The notes under the pieces are model-generated. The model was not told the DNA's origin and ran no database searches. It worked only from the letters and a program-made list of their open reading frames with translations. This document shows, in pieces, positions 13,048 through 23,839 of a DNA stretch of 64,000 nucleotides; position 1 is the first letter of the stretch; every line of letters begins with the position of its first letter. This DNA is from Mytilus californianus (Eukaryota). The stretch spans positions 32,178,001-32,242,000 of the forward strand of contig NW_026262604.1 in the NCBI RefSeq assembly GCF_021869535.1. The letters are read 5' to 3'. A program made the position numbers and the translations under genes.

Positions 13048-16000
13048 AGCTGTTTGCAAGTTGTCACTTTTGAATCTTTGACAGTTAAAAGTGGTATTGT
13101 AATTAACGAGAAAAATTGAAAAATGTACGCAAAATTTTTCGTGGTTATAAAATTTGGCATATCAAGAAAAAATGTTTTTTAAGTTTGCTAAAATAAATTG
13201 TTGTCCCGAAAAATATCAGCAAAATTTTATTACATTGAAAGTTCGAACTTAACTTATTTGTGACATAAAGTTTGTATATTTTTTCCCCTATTTCAGTAAA
13301 ATTTATTGTATTATTGTAGATCTTAGTTTTGTCCGCAATACCTTTGAACTATTCGCCACTGCTCGAAAAGCAAACAAAAATCAACCAATCCATTTTAATA
13401 GGTTATGGTCTGTTTAATACTCATACTAGTATTTGTTTCACATTTGGTACTATTCTCTAATCTTATTTCATATAGTAAGATTTTGTTCTACATAGAACTC
13501 GTTCTTGTCCATTATTACGTTTCTGGAACATGTCTAAATATAAAACTATAAATCCTTTAAAAAATGTTGCAGTAGTGCATTGGCTATAATCTGGATAATG
13601 CACAGTTCAAATGTACTCTTATCTTTAGGGGCAGATCTAGGACTTTTCAAAGGAACAGGGGCGTAATTCTATAAATTAGAATTTGAGAAAAATTTTAACG
13701 ATTTTAGGGTTAACCATTATATAGTTTCTAATCAAAGCACACACCTCACACACTCCACTTGAATCCGCCACTCGCCTTGCAATTAACAACTTTGTACAAA
13801 CTTCGTCGTTTCAAAATATGAAATAGAAAGTACTTTTCATTCCTAGAAATATTTTATGATATTTTGTGCACATCGTAAGTATTGAATAGTGTTTTAAAGT
13901 CAGAGAAGATAATTAGTTTTTTTTTCAATTTCGTAAGATATTTTAGAATATCCATATAATTGAAATATGGTTTGGAAATGTTTTGTGCGCAATAAAAATG
14001 TAATAGGACATATTAAATATTAATTCCTTTGCAGTGACTATTTTGGGATCAAATGTAATGAGGTTTATACTTAGGTATGTGTCAAAACAAGGAAAAGTAT
14101 ACTAGTACGTTGGGGATCAATCAGACTTCGTTGTTTAAAAATTGGTTGTAGTTAAAATTTGAAAAGGTTAAATGTTTTTGTTTGGTTCCTTTGCACTAAA
14201 AATTTATGTACAAACCTCTTCTATTAATCTTCCTCTGAGCAAATTCTTGAGGGGAAATCTATATTCAATAATCATTTCAATTATAATTTGTCTCAACCAG
14301 ATTTAAAAGTACATTAGACGGAACTTAAACTGTAGGAGTTGTGGGTTTAACGTCAGTAAGACAGCAATCAAACGATAAAAACCACACAAGGACATCTAGA
14401 TGGCAACATATATAGTGTTTAACAATAGACAGATGTCTACATAATATGTCAAGTTCTAAATCGTCCCGAAATCATATAAAACTGTAAATAAATTTAACCA
14501 GAAACATAAAATACATGTAATTTAAGAGAAACAATCATTGATCTGACATTAAAACGCGATTCTCCAAACAATTTATCAATTTAAGAGAAAGCCTGAATAT
14601 AAAAAAAGTTAATAACTTAAAAGTTACCAATATCAAAGTTTTAGTTCTTAAAGGCCTATTTCCCCCTTCATTTACCCTACAAGAAAACTTTCCTGTAAGC
14701 CGTTGATTGAATAGCGTCCGAATATTTCCAAAACGTTCATGTAATATGATGCTGTCATGTGTTAAAACAGTTATTGCCAGATCAAATCGGTATATATCAT
14801 GTAATATGCACGTTCGGAATGACACTTCAACCCAAACTCCTACGTCGTTCGGGTCAAGTAAGGTCACACGGGCCTCGCAGACAAAATACAATAAACCGAT
14901 TTGCTAGTTCCATAACTATAACATATTTGTGAAGACAGTTTATGAAGGAAAGAAACGTATTTTTTACACACAAGGTGTTTTTCCCCTAGGAATTAACCTT
15001 GCGATCTTCTATATCATGATTTTGCTAAATTCAATAATGCACTGCTAAACAATTGTTATGAAATTATATTGTTATCAATCTAAAAATATTATACATGTAC
15101 AACAAAAATAAAATTAGCCAAATGATGCCAGAGTGAATATATGTCTCTGATGATACCAAGTCAATTTTTTGATACTGAAGGATAAACCCTTATGATACAA
15201 TATTGCTGAAAACAATATGACATTGATTAGCAATTATGACAATATAAATAAGAAGATGTTGTATGAGACAACTCTCCATACAAGTCACACTGCATAAAAA
15301 AAAACAATTATAGGTCAAAGTACGGCCTTCAACACGCAGCCTTGTCTCACACCGACCAGCAAGTTATTAAGGGCCCCAAAATGACTATGTAAAACACTTC
15401 AGACTGGAAAACCAACGGTCTAATCTATAAAAAAAAACGAGAAATGAGTAAACAAACCAATCAAAAATTTGTTATTTAGACTATTTATGATAGTTGTCCT
15501 GTTGTATAATCAGTCGACCGTGCAAGACCCTCATGGGTAGTCAATGTCGTTAAAATTTCCCTCGTGGTATAATCAGTGGCACGTGACCTACATGTAATTG
15601 TGAAGAAAAGGGACAAAAAAGTAATTACCGGTTTGTCAAAACCACATTTTCAAAATTCACTGATTCAAACAGCTTGAGACTGTTTTATTTATTTTTTCTG
15701 TACGGTTATACGATGATCATGAAGTGTCCTGAGGGGGCTTTTTTCACAAAAAAATCTTACTACAAAAATTGATCGCAAGTTTTACTTGAATGTTCGTGAC
15801 TTACGAGTATTTTTCTCGTAAGATTTCTTGTGAAATTAATCGCTGAGCGGCTTTCAGACGTACCGAAAAAAAGATATGGGGTAAACATCAATGGACAAGC
15901 AACCCAACGACAAACATAACATTTAAGAGTCATCTTACTATTTTTTAGTTGAACTTGAGAAATCTTTCAGTGCCATGTGATTGTATTTAGGTTGGTAAGT

Positions 16001-16740
16001 TTTTCGATTTATAAAAAAGTCAAATAGACAAAAAAAAAAAAAAAAAGGGAAAAATTTCTACTTTTTTTTTTTTTTTTTCATACTATTTTTATTTGTGTTC
16101 AATGATACCAGATTTGGAGTCCTCCAAAAAAGTCAAATTCACTTTATGGGTATTTCTCGTGAATATAAGTCACACGTACCATCTACAATATACGGAAATG
16201 ACACGGCTGAGTATTGTAAAATTACTGAAGGAAGTGAAATGTCAAATTCATACCCCGGGCGAAGAAATTACTGGTTTGTCAAAACACCGTTTGTACACTA
16301 ACAAAAGTGTATTTATCGTTCACGCTATCTAGGCGGAGAATAAAAGTTTTGGCAATTTTTGTAGGTTTTTAATTTTAAAATGTAAATGAACAAGTAAGAA
16401 GATCGCCAAAAACCTTAAGTGAATCGGAAAATGAGCTTTGCAGCCGTTTGTCTTACGATAAAAAAAAAAAGTTTTGTGGGTCAATATGAAATTTTACAGA
16501 GGCAAGCTGGGAACAGTATATATATATGTTCCTTAAGCAAGTAATATTGGTAAAAAAACTTTCATTAACAGCAATTTGTAGAAATGTTTATTTTCAGACT
16601 CGGACATTAAAGGAACAAATACATTTTTTGTACCAAGGATTGTTGTCATGTCTTTTTTAGTCATAGCATTTAAATCTTTGTTTTGTAAGAGTAGCAAACT
16701 TCATAGGTTTTTGGTCTTCTTCTTTTAGATAGAACATGTA

Positions 16741-16744
<4 letters not shown>

Positions 16745-16792
<48 letters not shown>
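16745..16792. repeat. (GA)24 microsatellite
   Basis: Direct reading. Confidence 0.95.
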
Positions 16793-16797
<5 letters not shown>

Positions 16798-17330
16798 ATT
16801 TAGTGGTATTTGGTCTCATGTGAAAATGTGATGGAAGGACATTTTTCCCCTTCTTTTTATATAGCAGGGTATTTCGTAGTGTAATGATATTAGTTGCAGA
16901 TTTCTTTCTATTGGTAAGCAATGGTTTACAGTTAAAAATCTATATAAAGTTATATTACATGTATATTAAGTTTATTGTATCGCTAAACGTTTCTTAAGGT
17001 AAGACTTTTACAATCATTGTTAAGTATTTTTTATGACTTAATAAATTTTATGTAAATTAGATAGTTCACGTTCCATTGATCTAAGGGTATTGTGTAGGTT
17101 ATATAGTTTTCCAATATTTTATAATATCGAATTTGAAATGATATTTACACAATGCTTCAAAATATAAACATATTTTCCCCCATTTCAATCCTCATTTAAG
17201 AAATTAAAAATTACGCAATTAGTATAAAACAAAAATTATAATAACTAAGATAACTTATTTGCTTTAATTGACAATCGAAATGTATATTTTTGCAAAAAAG
17301 TAATGTATAACGTACTTTCCAATCTAATAA

Positions 17331-17751
17331 ATCCCAAGGGTGAATTGGGAATAGAAATATGGTCACTACAGGCCTTCTTCCGACCGGCAGTAAAATCCTT
17401 GCCATAATAGGGCACCCGTTTGGCTGTACGGGATGTAGAAATACGCAGCCTCGTCCGGTCAGAATGGAGACGTTAAATCCGATGCCTCGTGTGGAGAGAG
17501 TGCCACGCTCTCTGCACGCTAAGAACCCTTGTAAAAACTCTTTGAGTTGTCCGTAGGTGGCTTGTTGCAAGGCAAATTTTCTGTCTCTATCAAATATTTT
17601 TCAGTAGCAGTCTAAATTTTCCCCGACCTTTAACCCGGACGGTCTCTTTTTAATTACCTACCTATTGTATTTATTGTAAATTTGTTCTCGTCCTGAACAT
17701 GCATGAAATATTTGCCACTAAATGTTAAGCAACCAACAATCAATGAATCGT
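17331..17751 (+). mobile_element. SINE with a Deu/Nin-like core and an (AATC)n tail, bounded by a 9-bp TSD
   Basis: Core gaatggagacgttaaatccgatgcctcgtg...gcacgctaagaaccc resembles the DeuSINE domain (GATGAGACGTTAAACCGAGGCCCCGT...ACGTAAAAGATCCC, recalled from memory). Tail cgttaagcaaccaacaatcaat. TSD atctaataa at 17322 and 17752. Confidence 0.75.
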
Positions 17752-17885
17752 ATCTAATAATTAGTTTTGTTTTATCCGTCTGTTTTTTTATATTAAATTA
17801 TCTTTTATTTTTTTTTTTATCTTCTTAACTCAAAATATTATTATCTTTATTATAAATGAAATAAAGTTTCTGAAATAAAAATCCG

Positions 17886-18216
17886 ACATATACCATACGC
17901 TTAACAACACGATATACCATACGATAGATGAAACACTAAACGATATCATATACCATACGATAAACGAAACGCTAAACGCTACCATGTACCATACGACACA
18001 TAAAACGCTTAACGATACCATGTACCATACGATATATAAAACGCTAAACGATGACATTTACCATACTATGAACAAATGATGTATGAACGCTGACCGAACG
18101 TTGTACGAACGCTATATGAATGATGTACGGTCGATGCCCGAACTCTATACGAACGATTCCCGAACGCTGTACGTACGATTCCCGAATGAAGAAAGTGTTA
18201 CGTTACAAGGACTGTA
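17886..18216 (-). mobile_element. Single end of a TA-flanked (Tc1/mariner-like) element with a 36-bp minisatellite
   Basis: taccatac at 17915, 17951, 17987, 18023 and 18059 (exact 36-bp spacing), then shorter gaacg-rich repeats. The minus strand begins TA-CAGTCCTTGTAACGTAACAC. Confidence 0.55.
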
Positions 18217-19760
18217 CCACATCTTCTGATATCTATGTGCATCAGCATTGTAACTGAGAACTGTTCTATTGCTTCTTGTACTGCTCTGACAATATTTATT
18301 TTAGTTTATATTAATGTTTTCCAAGATAATTACAACTTTATCTGTATGAAAAACCCATTCTAGAAACAGTTGTTATACTATATATCAAAATTATTTGGTC
18401 ATATTTTACTGATATAATTTACCTACATCAATAAGTTCCCTATCTATTAATCTTTGAAATACCAAAAATACAACCTGTCGGGATCAGGAGTTCCTAGATT
18501 TCATGAAGGAATTTTCGAAAAATTACCGCTTAGGACTGACTAGAACTTCGACGAATTTAAACCAAATATTGTGTATATCCGTTCTTCTAATTTTGTTAAT
18601 TGGCAGAATGTTAAATTCATTGATCTGAACGTGCTTTAATAATTAAATGTGACACCATTAACAACTCAAATTAAGCATTATGGGTCGGTAATATTCTGAG
18701 TATAGTAACCTTCAAAACCTTCATCTTTAAACATTGCCCACTTATATCATTGTAAACCTGTAAAAAGCTTTAAACATTATGACATCAACAGCTACAAGTA
18801 CGTACAACACAAATGATACGGGCAACTATAACCGTGCCTGCAACAGTATCAAAATGGTAAAGGAGTCAATACAACCATGTACTACGATAAGCATCATCCT
18901 AGACGTTGCCATTTATAGTGATTGATTGATTGTTCTTCGCCGAACGACAGTGAAAAATATTACATGCATATTCTTGTCCAGATCAAAACTAAGCACCTAG
19001 TACATTGTTACAAAATATACCATATGAAGTCAATATCTATTTTTCACATGAATGAACACTTATTGAAATGAACGAGAAATAAACAAGTTAAAATGAAAAG
19101 TTAGCATTTAAACATGATATCGTACTTACATGAACAATATAATACTTTCAAAAAAAAAAAACTATTGTTCGTAATCAAAACCAATATATGATATTAATAT
19201 GTAAATACCTAACAGGAAAGTTTACAAGTTGAATTTAGAATAAAAAAGGGTTTGAATTTTGAAACCAAAGTCATGCGATAGTAAATGGTTAATTGATTAC
19301 TCATATTGTACTGCTTAACATGTCTCAAATGTTTTGTCATCACCTGAACATATCATTGCTCAGGGTTTTTGTAATTAAATTTGTATAAGAGAAGCGAATA
19401 TACATCCAAAAATATATAAGAGGAAATGCACAAATTTATATACAAAACGGAAGGAAAATGTCACAAAAAAACTTCAACTAACAACATGTAACAGTAAATA
19501 ATTCAATAATTTGGCTTAGATAGTACAAATGGCTTGTGTCCTCTTAAACTGTATGTTTCAGCTTCCATCAGACTGAACACCAACTTGGGTACGGGAGTGT
19601 CACAGTACGTGCATTGTGGGTGTTCTTCTTGTGAGTTATCTTTTGAAACTACAATCTACAAAATAATATACCTAGATATACGTTATCCCAAACACTCAGA
19701 AATTTTAAAGCTTTCAAGAAAACAAATAAATTGACCAATCAAATATACCCTCTAATCAGT

Positions 19761-20510
19761 GAAAACTCATCAAAGTTACCAGACTTATAATTTGGTAAAT
19801 CAGATGCGCGTTGCGTTCATCTACATCAATTGTGGTAGATTAAAACAGTTGGTGGACCAAATCAAATAAGTAGTTTTTGAACATTAAAATACAAAACTTT
19901 CGAATAATTGAGTCAAATACGGATAAGGCAATATATGTCTGTGGAGCAGAAATAACTTTTTTTAGTGTTTTGAATAGCAAATCAAAAACAGTAAATTTAC
20001 CGAAAATTAATATTCTAATAATAGTTCATGTCAACACAAAAGTTCTGACTACTGGGCTGGTGTAACCTTCGGGGACAAAACGTCCAACAGCAGTGGCATC
20101 GACCAAGTATTTCTAAAAACTCAAAAATACCAGTCTCATAATTTGGTACGAATAAGACTCAATAGTGGCGCTCATATAAAAACAGTTGTAATTCCATTCC
20201 AAAGAGTTGAAGAGAATTAAAACTCGAAAATTCCGAAAGGTTATGCTAAATACAGCTAAGGCAATCTATGCATTTGGTGTTTCAAATAAATCAACATTTT
20301 ATTAACAGTACGTTTACAGAAAAATGAACATATCAATGATATTTCATGTCATCACAAACGAGCTGACTACTGGGCTTCATACAGCCTCGGGACCAAATGT
20401 CCACTTAGTGGCATCGACACAGTGGTTTTAAAAACTAATCAAAGATATAAAGCATATAATTTGGTACGCCAGATGCGCGTTTCGTCTACAGACTCGTCAG
20501 TGACCAGTGA
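19761..20510 (-). mobile_element. Non-LTR retrozyme tandem array (family A), ~2.3 units of 320-350 bp
   Basis: Anchor ttggta at 19792, 20143 and 20461. Repeated block ctgactactgggct...gtggcatcgac. A hammerhead site occurs in each unit, the last nearly intact. Confidence 0.85.
20467..20505 (-). ncRNA. Minimal type I hammerhead ribozyme, near-intact
   Basis: Minus strand GGUCA CUGACGA GUCUGUAGAC GAAA CGCGCAUC/UGGCG. All core residues are present, stem II is GUC/GAC, and stem III is near-palindromic with one C-A mismatch. Confidence 0.8.
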
Positions 20511-20754
20511 CTTACTTGGCTTCTGTTTTCATAAAGAGATATTAAAACGAATTCATATCAAGAACATATATAACGTCAAATAATAATAAATGGACGACGT
20601 TTCGTATAAATGTGAAGCTGGTCATACGTTCATTGCATTTTATCGTCGTTGACAATCGCATGGTGGCTCCTAAACGTCTATTTTGTTTAAATAGTTTTTT
20701 TTTCTTTTCATCTTGTATTATTTGCGTTCGCCATTTTTTTTTTTTCAAAAGTTT

Positions 20755-21287
20755 TTTCGAAGGGGTGACTCCAACTTTACCACTTGGAACCCTTGGTTTA
20801 ACCGCTTTCTTGTTAGCATCGATCCTTCGTCAAGGAAATTATGATAGGAAATGCACGCTCTGGTTTACCGTGTTAACTGGGAGATACATACTTCATATGC
20901 AGGTGCTGATTGAATGTTGCTACATAGATATGAAAAGTAACCAAATGGAAAGCTGAAATCATGACATGTGTTGTTAAGTTTTGTTCTCAAACGACCCTCA
21001 TTGTCAATTTCTAGATGTAAGTCAAGATATGAGGCAGGCATAATTGTAGCAAGTTCGATGAGATAGATGCGTTCAACATAAATACTTAACTTTGAAATAC
21101 TTAGTGAGAGGACATCATCTTTATAAGGCAACGTGAAGTTAAAGGATAATGCTTCTTTTCATTTATATAACAAGCTCTTGTATGAAGTCTTCCCCTTATG
21201 AATAAGGGAACACGTCGGCAAGAAGAGAAGTACAATTGGTTCTCATGGGAAATCGATTGTTTATTGAAAAACCTGTCGTCCAAATAT
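20755..21287 (-). pseudogene. Penelope-like element reverse transcriptase fragment, with stops and frameshifts
   Basis: IFGRQVFQ*TI..PMRTNC..LLADVF..YS..EDFIQ..NFTLPYKDDVLSL..ASYLDLHLEIDNEGRLRTKL..DFSFP..SNIQSAPAYEVCISQLTR*TRAC. These are PLE RT motifs GxPMG / YIDD / thumb, with YIDD changed to YKDD. Confidence 0.8.
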
Positions 21288-22886
21288 GTAGTCAATTAGG
21301 AAATCAAACTTTTTGATAATGTCAGTTTTACTGTTGTTTTTGCTCGAATCAGAGTGTTTATTTTACGTAGCATGATTTATACCTCTCTTAAACAAGATAT
21401 TTGTATCCACTGTGGCCTGGTTTTTTTTTAAACGGAGTAATTTAAAAAAGTAGAAATTAAAGTATGACTTAATATGTATTGCTATAGTTATCATCACTTA
21501 TTGTCATACGTCGGGTCGATACTAATAACTTGGCATTGTACAAGGCCATGATTTCCCAAACTGTTTATGATGTCTTTACAAAAAATATATTGGATGTGTA
21601 CTGATATTTTAGTCTACGTAATCATGATTACTTATTAGTTGTGATTGCTATGAACTAGCTGTAAATAACTGCGAGACTACTCCTAGAAAGGTACTATGCG
21701 CCTTTTGTCTATTTTTGTTAGTTTTTGTGAGATTGGTATCGATCTCGTGAGTCAAGACCTTTCCAAATGAAATTCACAGTTTTTTATATGTCGTATTGTT
21801 ACACCACTGTCTCTGGTTAGAGGGTTTGAACTTTCGCAAACATGTGTAACCCCACCACATTATGGATGTGAATGTTTGAAGTCAGGACCCTGTAATTCAG
21901 TTGATGCTTTAGTTGCTGGTTGTCATATAATTTGTCGTTTATAAATGAGGCATCGGTTTTCTCTTTTGAATTGTTTTACATTTGGTCATTTCGGGGACGC
22001 ATTGCTTAATATACGGTATGAGTTTTGCTCATTGTTGATGGCCGTGTGGCGACTTACAGATAATCACATCCACGTAAGTTGATCATAATTTGATACTTGT
22101 CTGATTGGGAATCATACTTCATCTGCTTATTTTCATATTGAGAGGAACAATTAAAATATGTGTCCCTGCAATTGCTAACGAAATAGTTTTTAAAGAAGAA
22201 GAATAGGAATATGTTTATTACAATACAAATCAATCCTTTTAGTTAAGTTAACATTTTGTAAATTTCATACGACTTGACAAAGTAAAACTGAAAATATCAC
22301 AAAGTGTTTTCTTTTAATTCTTCCGTTATGCTGATGAACTGAATACAGATTTATGTATACAATATTGTCAACAAGGCGTTTGGTTTTTTTTTTATCAATC
22401 CAACAAAAAAAATATATGTTTGCAATGCAACATATAAATTGTATCATTATAAATGGTGTGTCATGTCTAAAATTGTGGTTCGGATCAATTAACATCCGAG
22501 TACTTTGAAATATTTATACAAGCAAGTAGGGTTTAAGTCAATTATGATGAAATAAGCTTTGATTCAATTTCAGATAAATACTTTATTATTATAGAAATGT
22601 TTTTGCTCATCGCTGAAGAAATTGTTGAAAATACTATTAACATAAACTTAGGTCAAAGACATCCGTGTGCATTATCCTTTTAGACAGATGCTCTGAGTGA
22701 TTAGGAATGTACAAACGAGACAGGTTTAGTCTATATTTGGAACTGATAATCTTTTTTGTAAAAATAGTTACCATTGATTTTTAACCTGAAAAGACTTAAC
22801 GTTTGAGTTTGAATTTAGTTTTGATCATTTTTGGTTTTATCAGCCTTTTAACGTTTGTATTAAGTTTGTTGGACTGTATTGGCCTC

Positions 22887-23296
22887 GAGCACCACTGAAG
22901 AGGCATTAATTGTAGAAATGCGCACCTGGTATTGTAAAATTGGTACTCTTAATGTAATTACTATCATTTGGTCGATACCTCTGCTGATGGACTGTAAGTC
23001 TCCGAGGGTTTCACCAGCCCATTAGCCAGTACTTCGGTACTCGCATGAAAACTCGGATGTTGTTAGATTTAAATTTGCTAATCTAAAATCTAGAACAAAT
23101 CATTTTAAATTATTTCAAATTAAGGAATGTAACTCCCTTACGCAAACCTCTGATTCCTTGTAGGAGTTGTGACTTACTTTTGGTCCTTTTTGGTTTGATC
23201 AGCTCTTCGACGTTGGTATTAGGATTTGAACTATGAAATATTTTGGCATTGAGCATCAATGAAGAGATATTAATTGTCGATATGCACATCTGGTGC
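22887..23296 (+). mobile_element. Retrozyme monomer (family B), 364 bp, bounded by two degenerate type I hammerheads
   Basis: gagcacca CTGAAGA ggcattaattgta GAAA tgcgcacc tggt at 22887 and gagcatca ATGAAGA gatattaattgtc GATA tgcacatc tggtgc at 23251. Confidence 0.85.
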
Positions 23297-23617
23297 AGTA
23301 AATGCTATTTGTAATCGTATTTCTTCACACAGACAATATACACTGAACGTTAAACAAACACCTATCTATCAATCAATCACAGACAATATTTTATAGTTGA
23401 AGTCCCCGTGACAATGGCGTGCCCTAATACCTAGTTGTGGAAATTCTAGGTAAATTTCGAAAATTTTTACATAACTAAGTACTATGTTGAAACTCTGAAA
23501 ATTGGTGTATCGGAAGTGCTTTTAGTTTTGTATGCATTAAATTCCCCTTCTTTTCTCAATATGCAGCAAAAGTTTTTTTTTTTTTTTAAATATCAATATA
23601 ACAAGCTATTGAAGTAA

Positions 23618-23839
23618 AAGAGAGGCGAAAGATACCAGAGGGACATTCAAACTCATAAGTCGAAAATAAACTGACAACGCCATCGCTAAAAAAGAAAAAA
23701 AGCACAACAGACAAACAAATAGTACACAAAACACAACATAAAAAACTAAATTCTGGGCAACACGAACCCAACAAAAAACTGGGATGATCGCAGGTGCTCC
23801 GGAAGGGTAAGCAGATCCTGCTCCACATGTGGCACCCGT
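23618..23839 (-). mobile_element. Interspersed repeat, probably the 3' region of the Penelope-like RT family. Degraded copy at 43461-43640
   Basis: acgggtgccacatgtggagcaggatctgcttacccttccggagcacctg...ggtatctttcgcctct. From recall, this sequence follows this RT type in bivalves (not verified here). Confidence 0.55.

Noticed and set aside
17211-17570. 119-aa ORF and its 97-aa paralogue at 60110-60403
   Set aside because: Antisense translations of the SINE copies; no domain features.
23770-23839. HDV/CPEB3-like ribozyme (minus strand GGGUGCC...AGCACCU)
   Set aside because: P1-, P2- and P4-like pairings can be drawn, but no canonical P3/L3 or catalytic J4/2 could be placed. An Infernal search would be needed.
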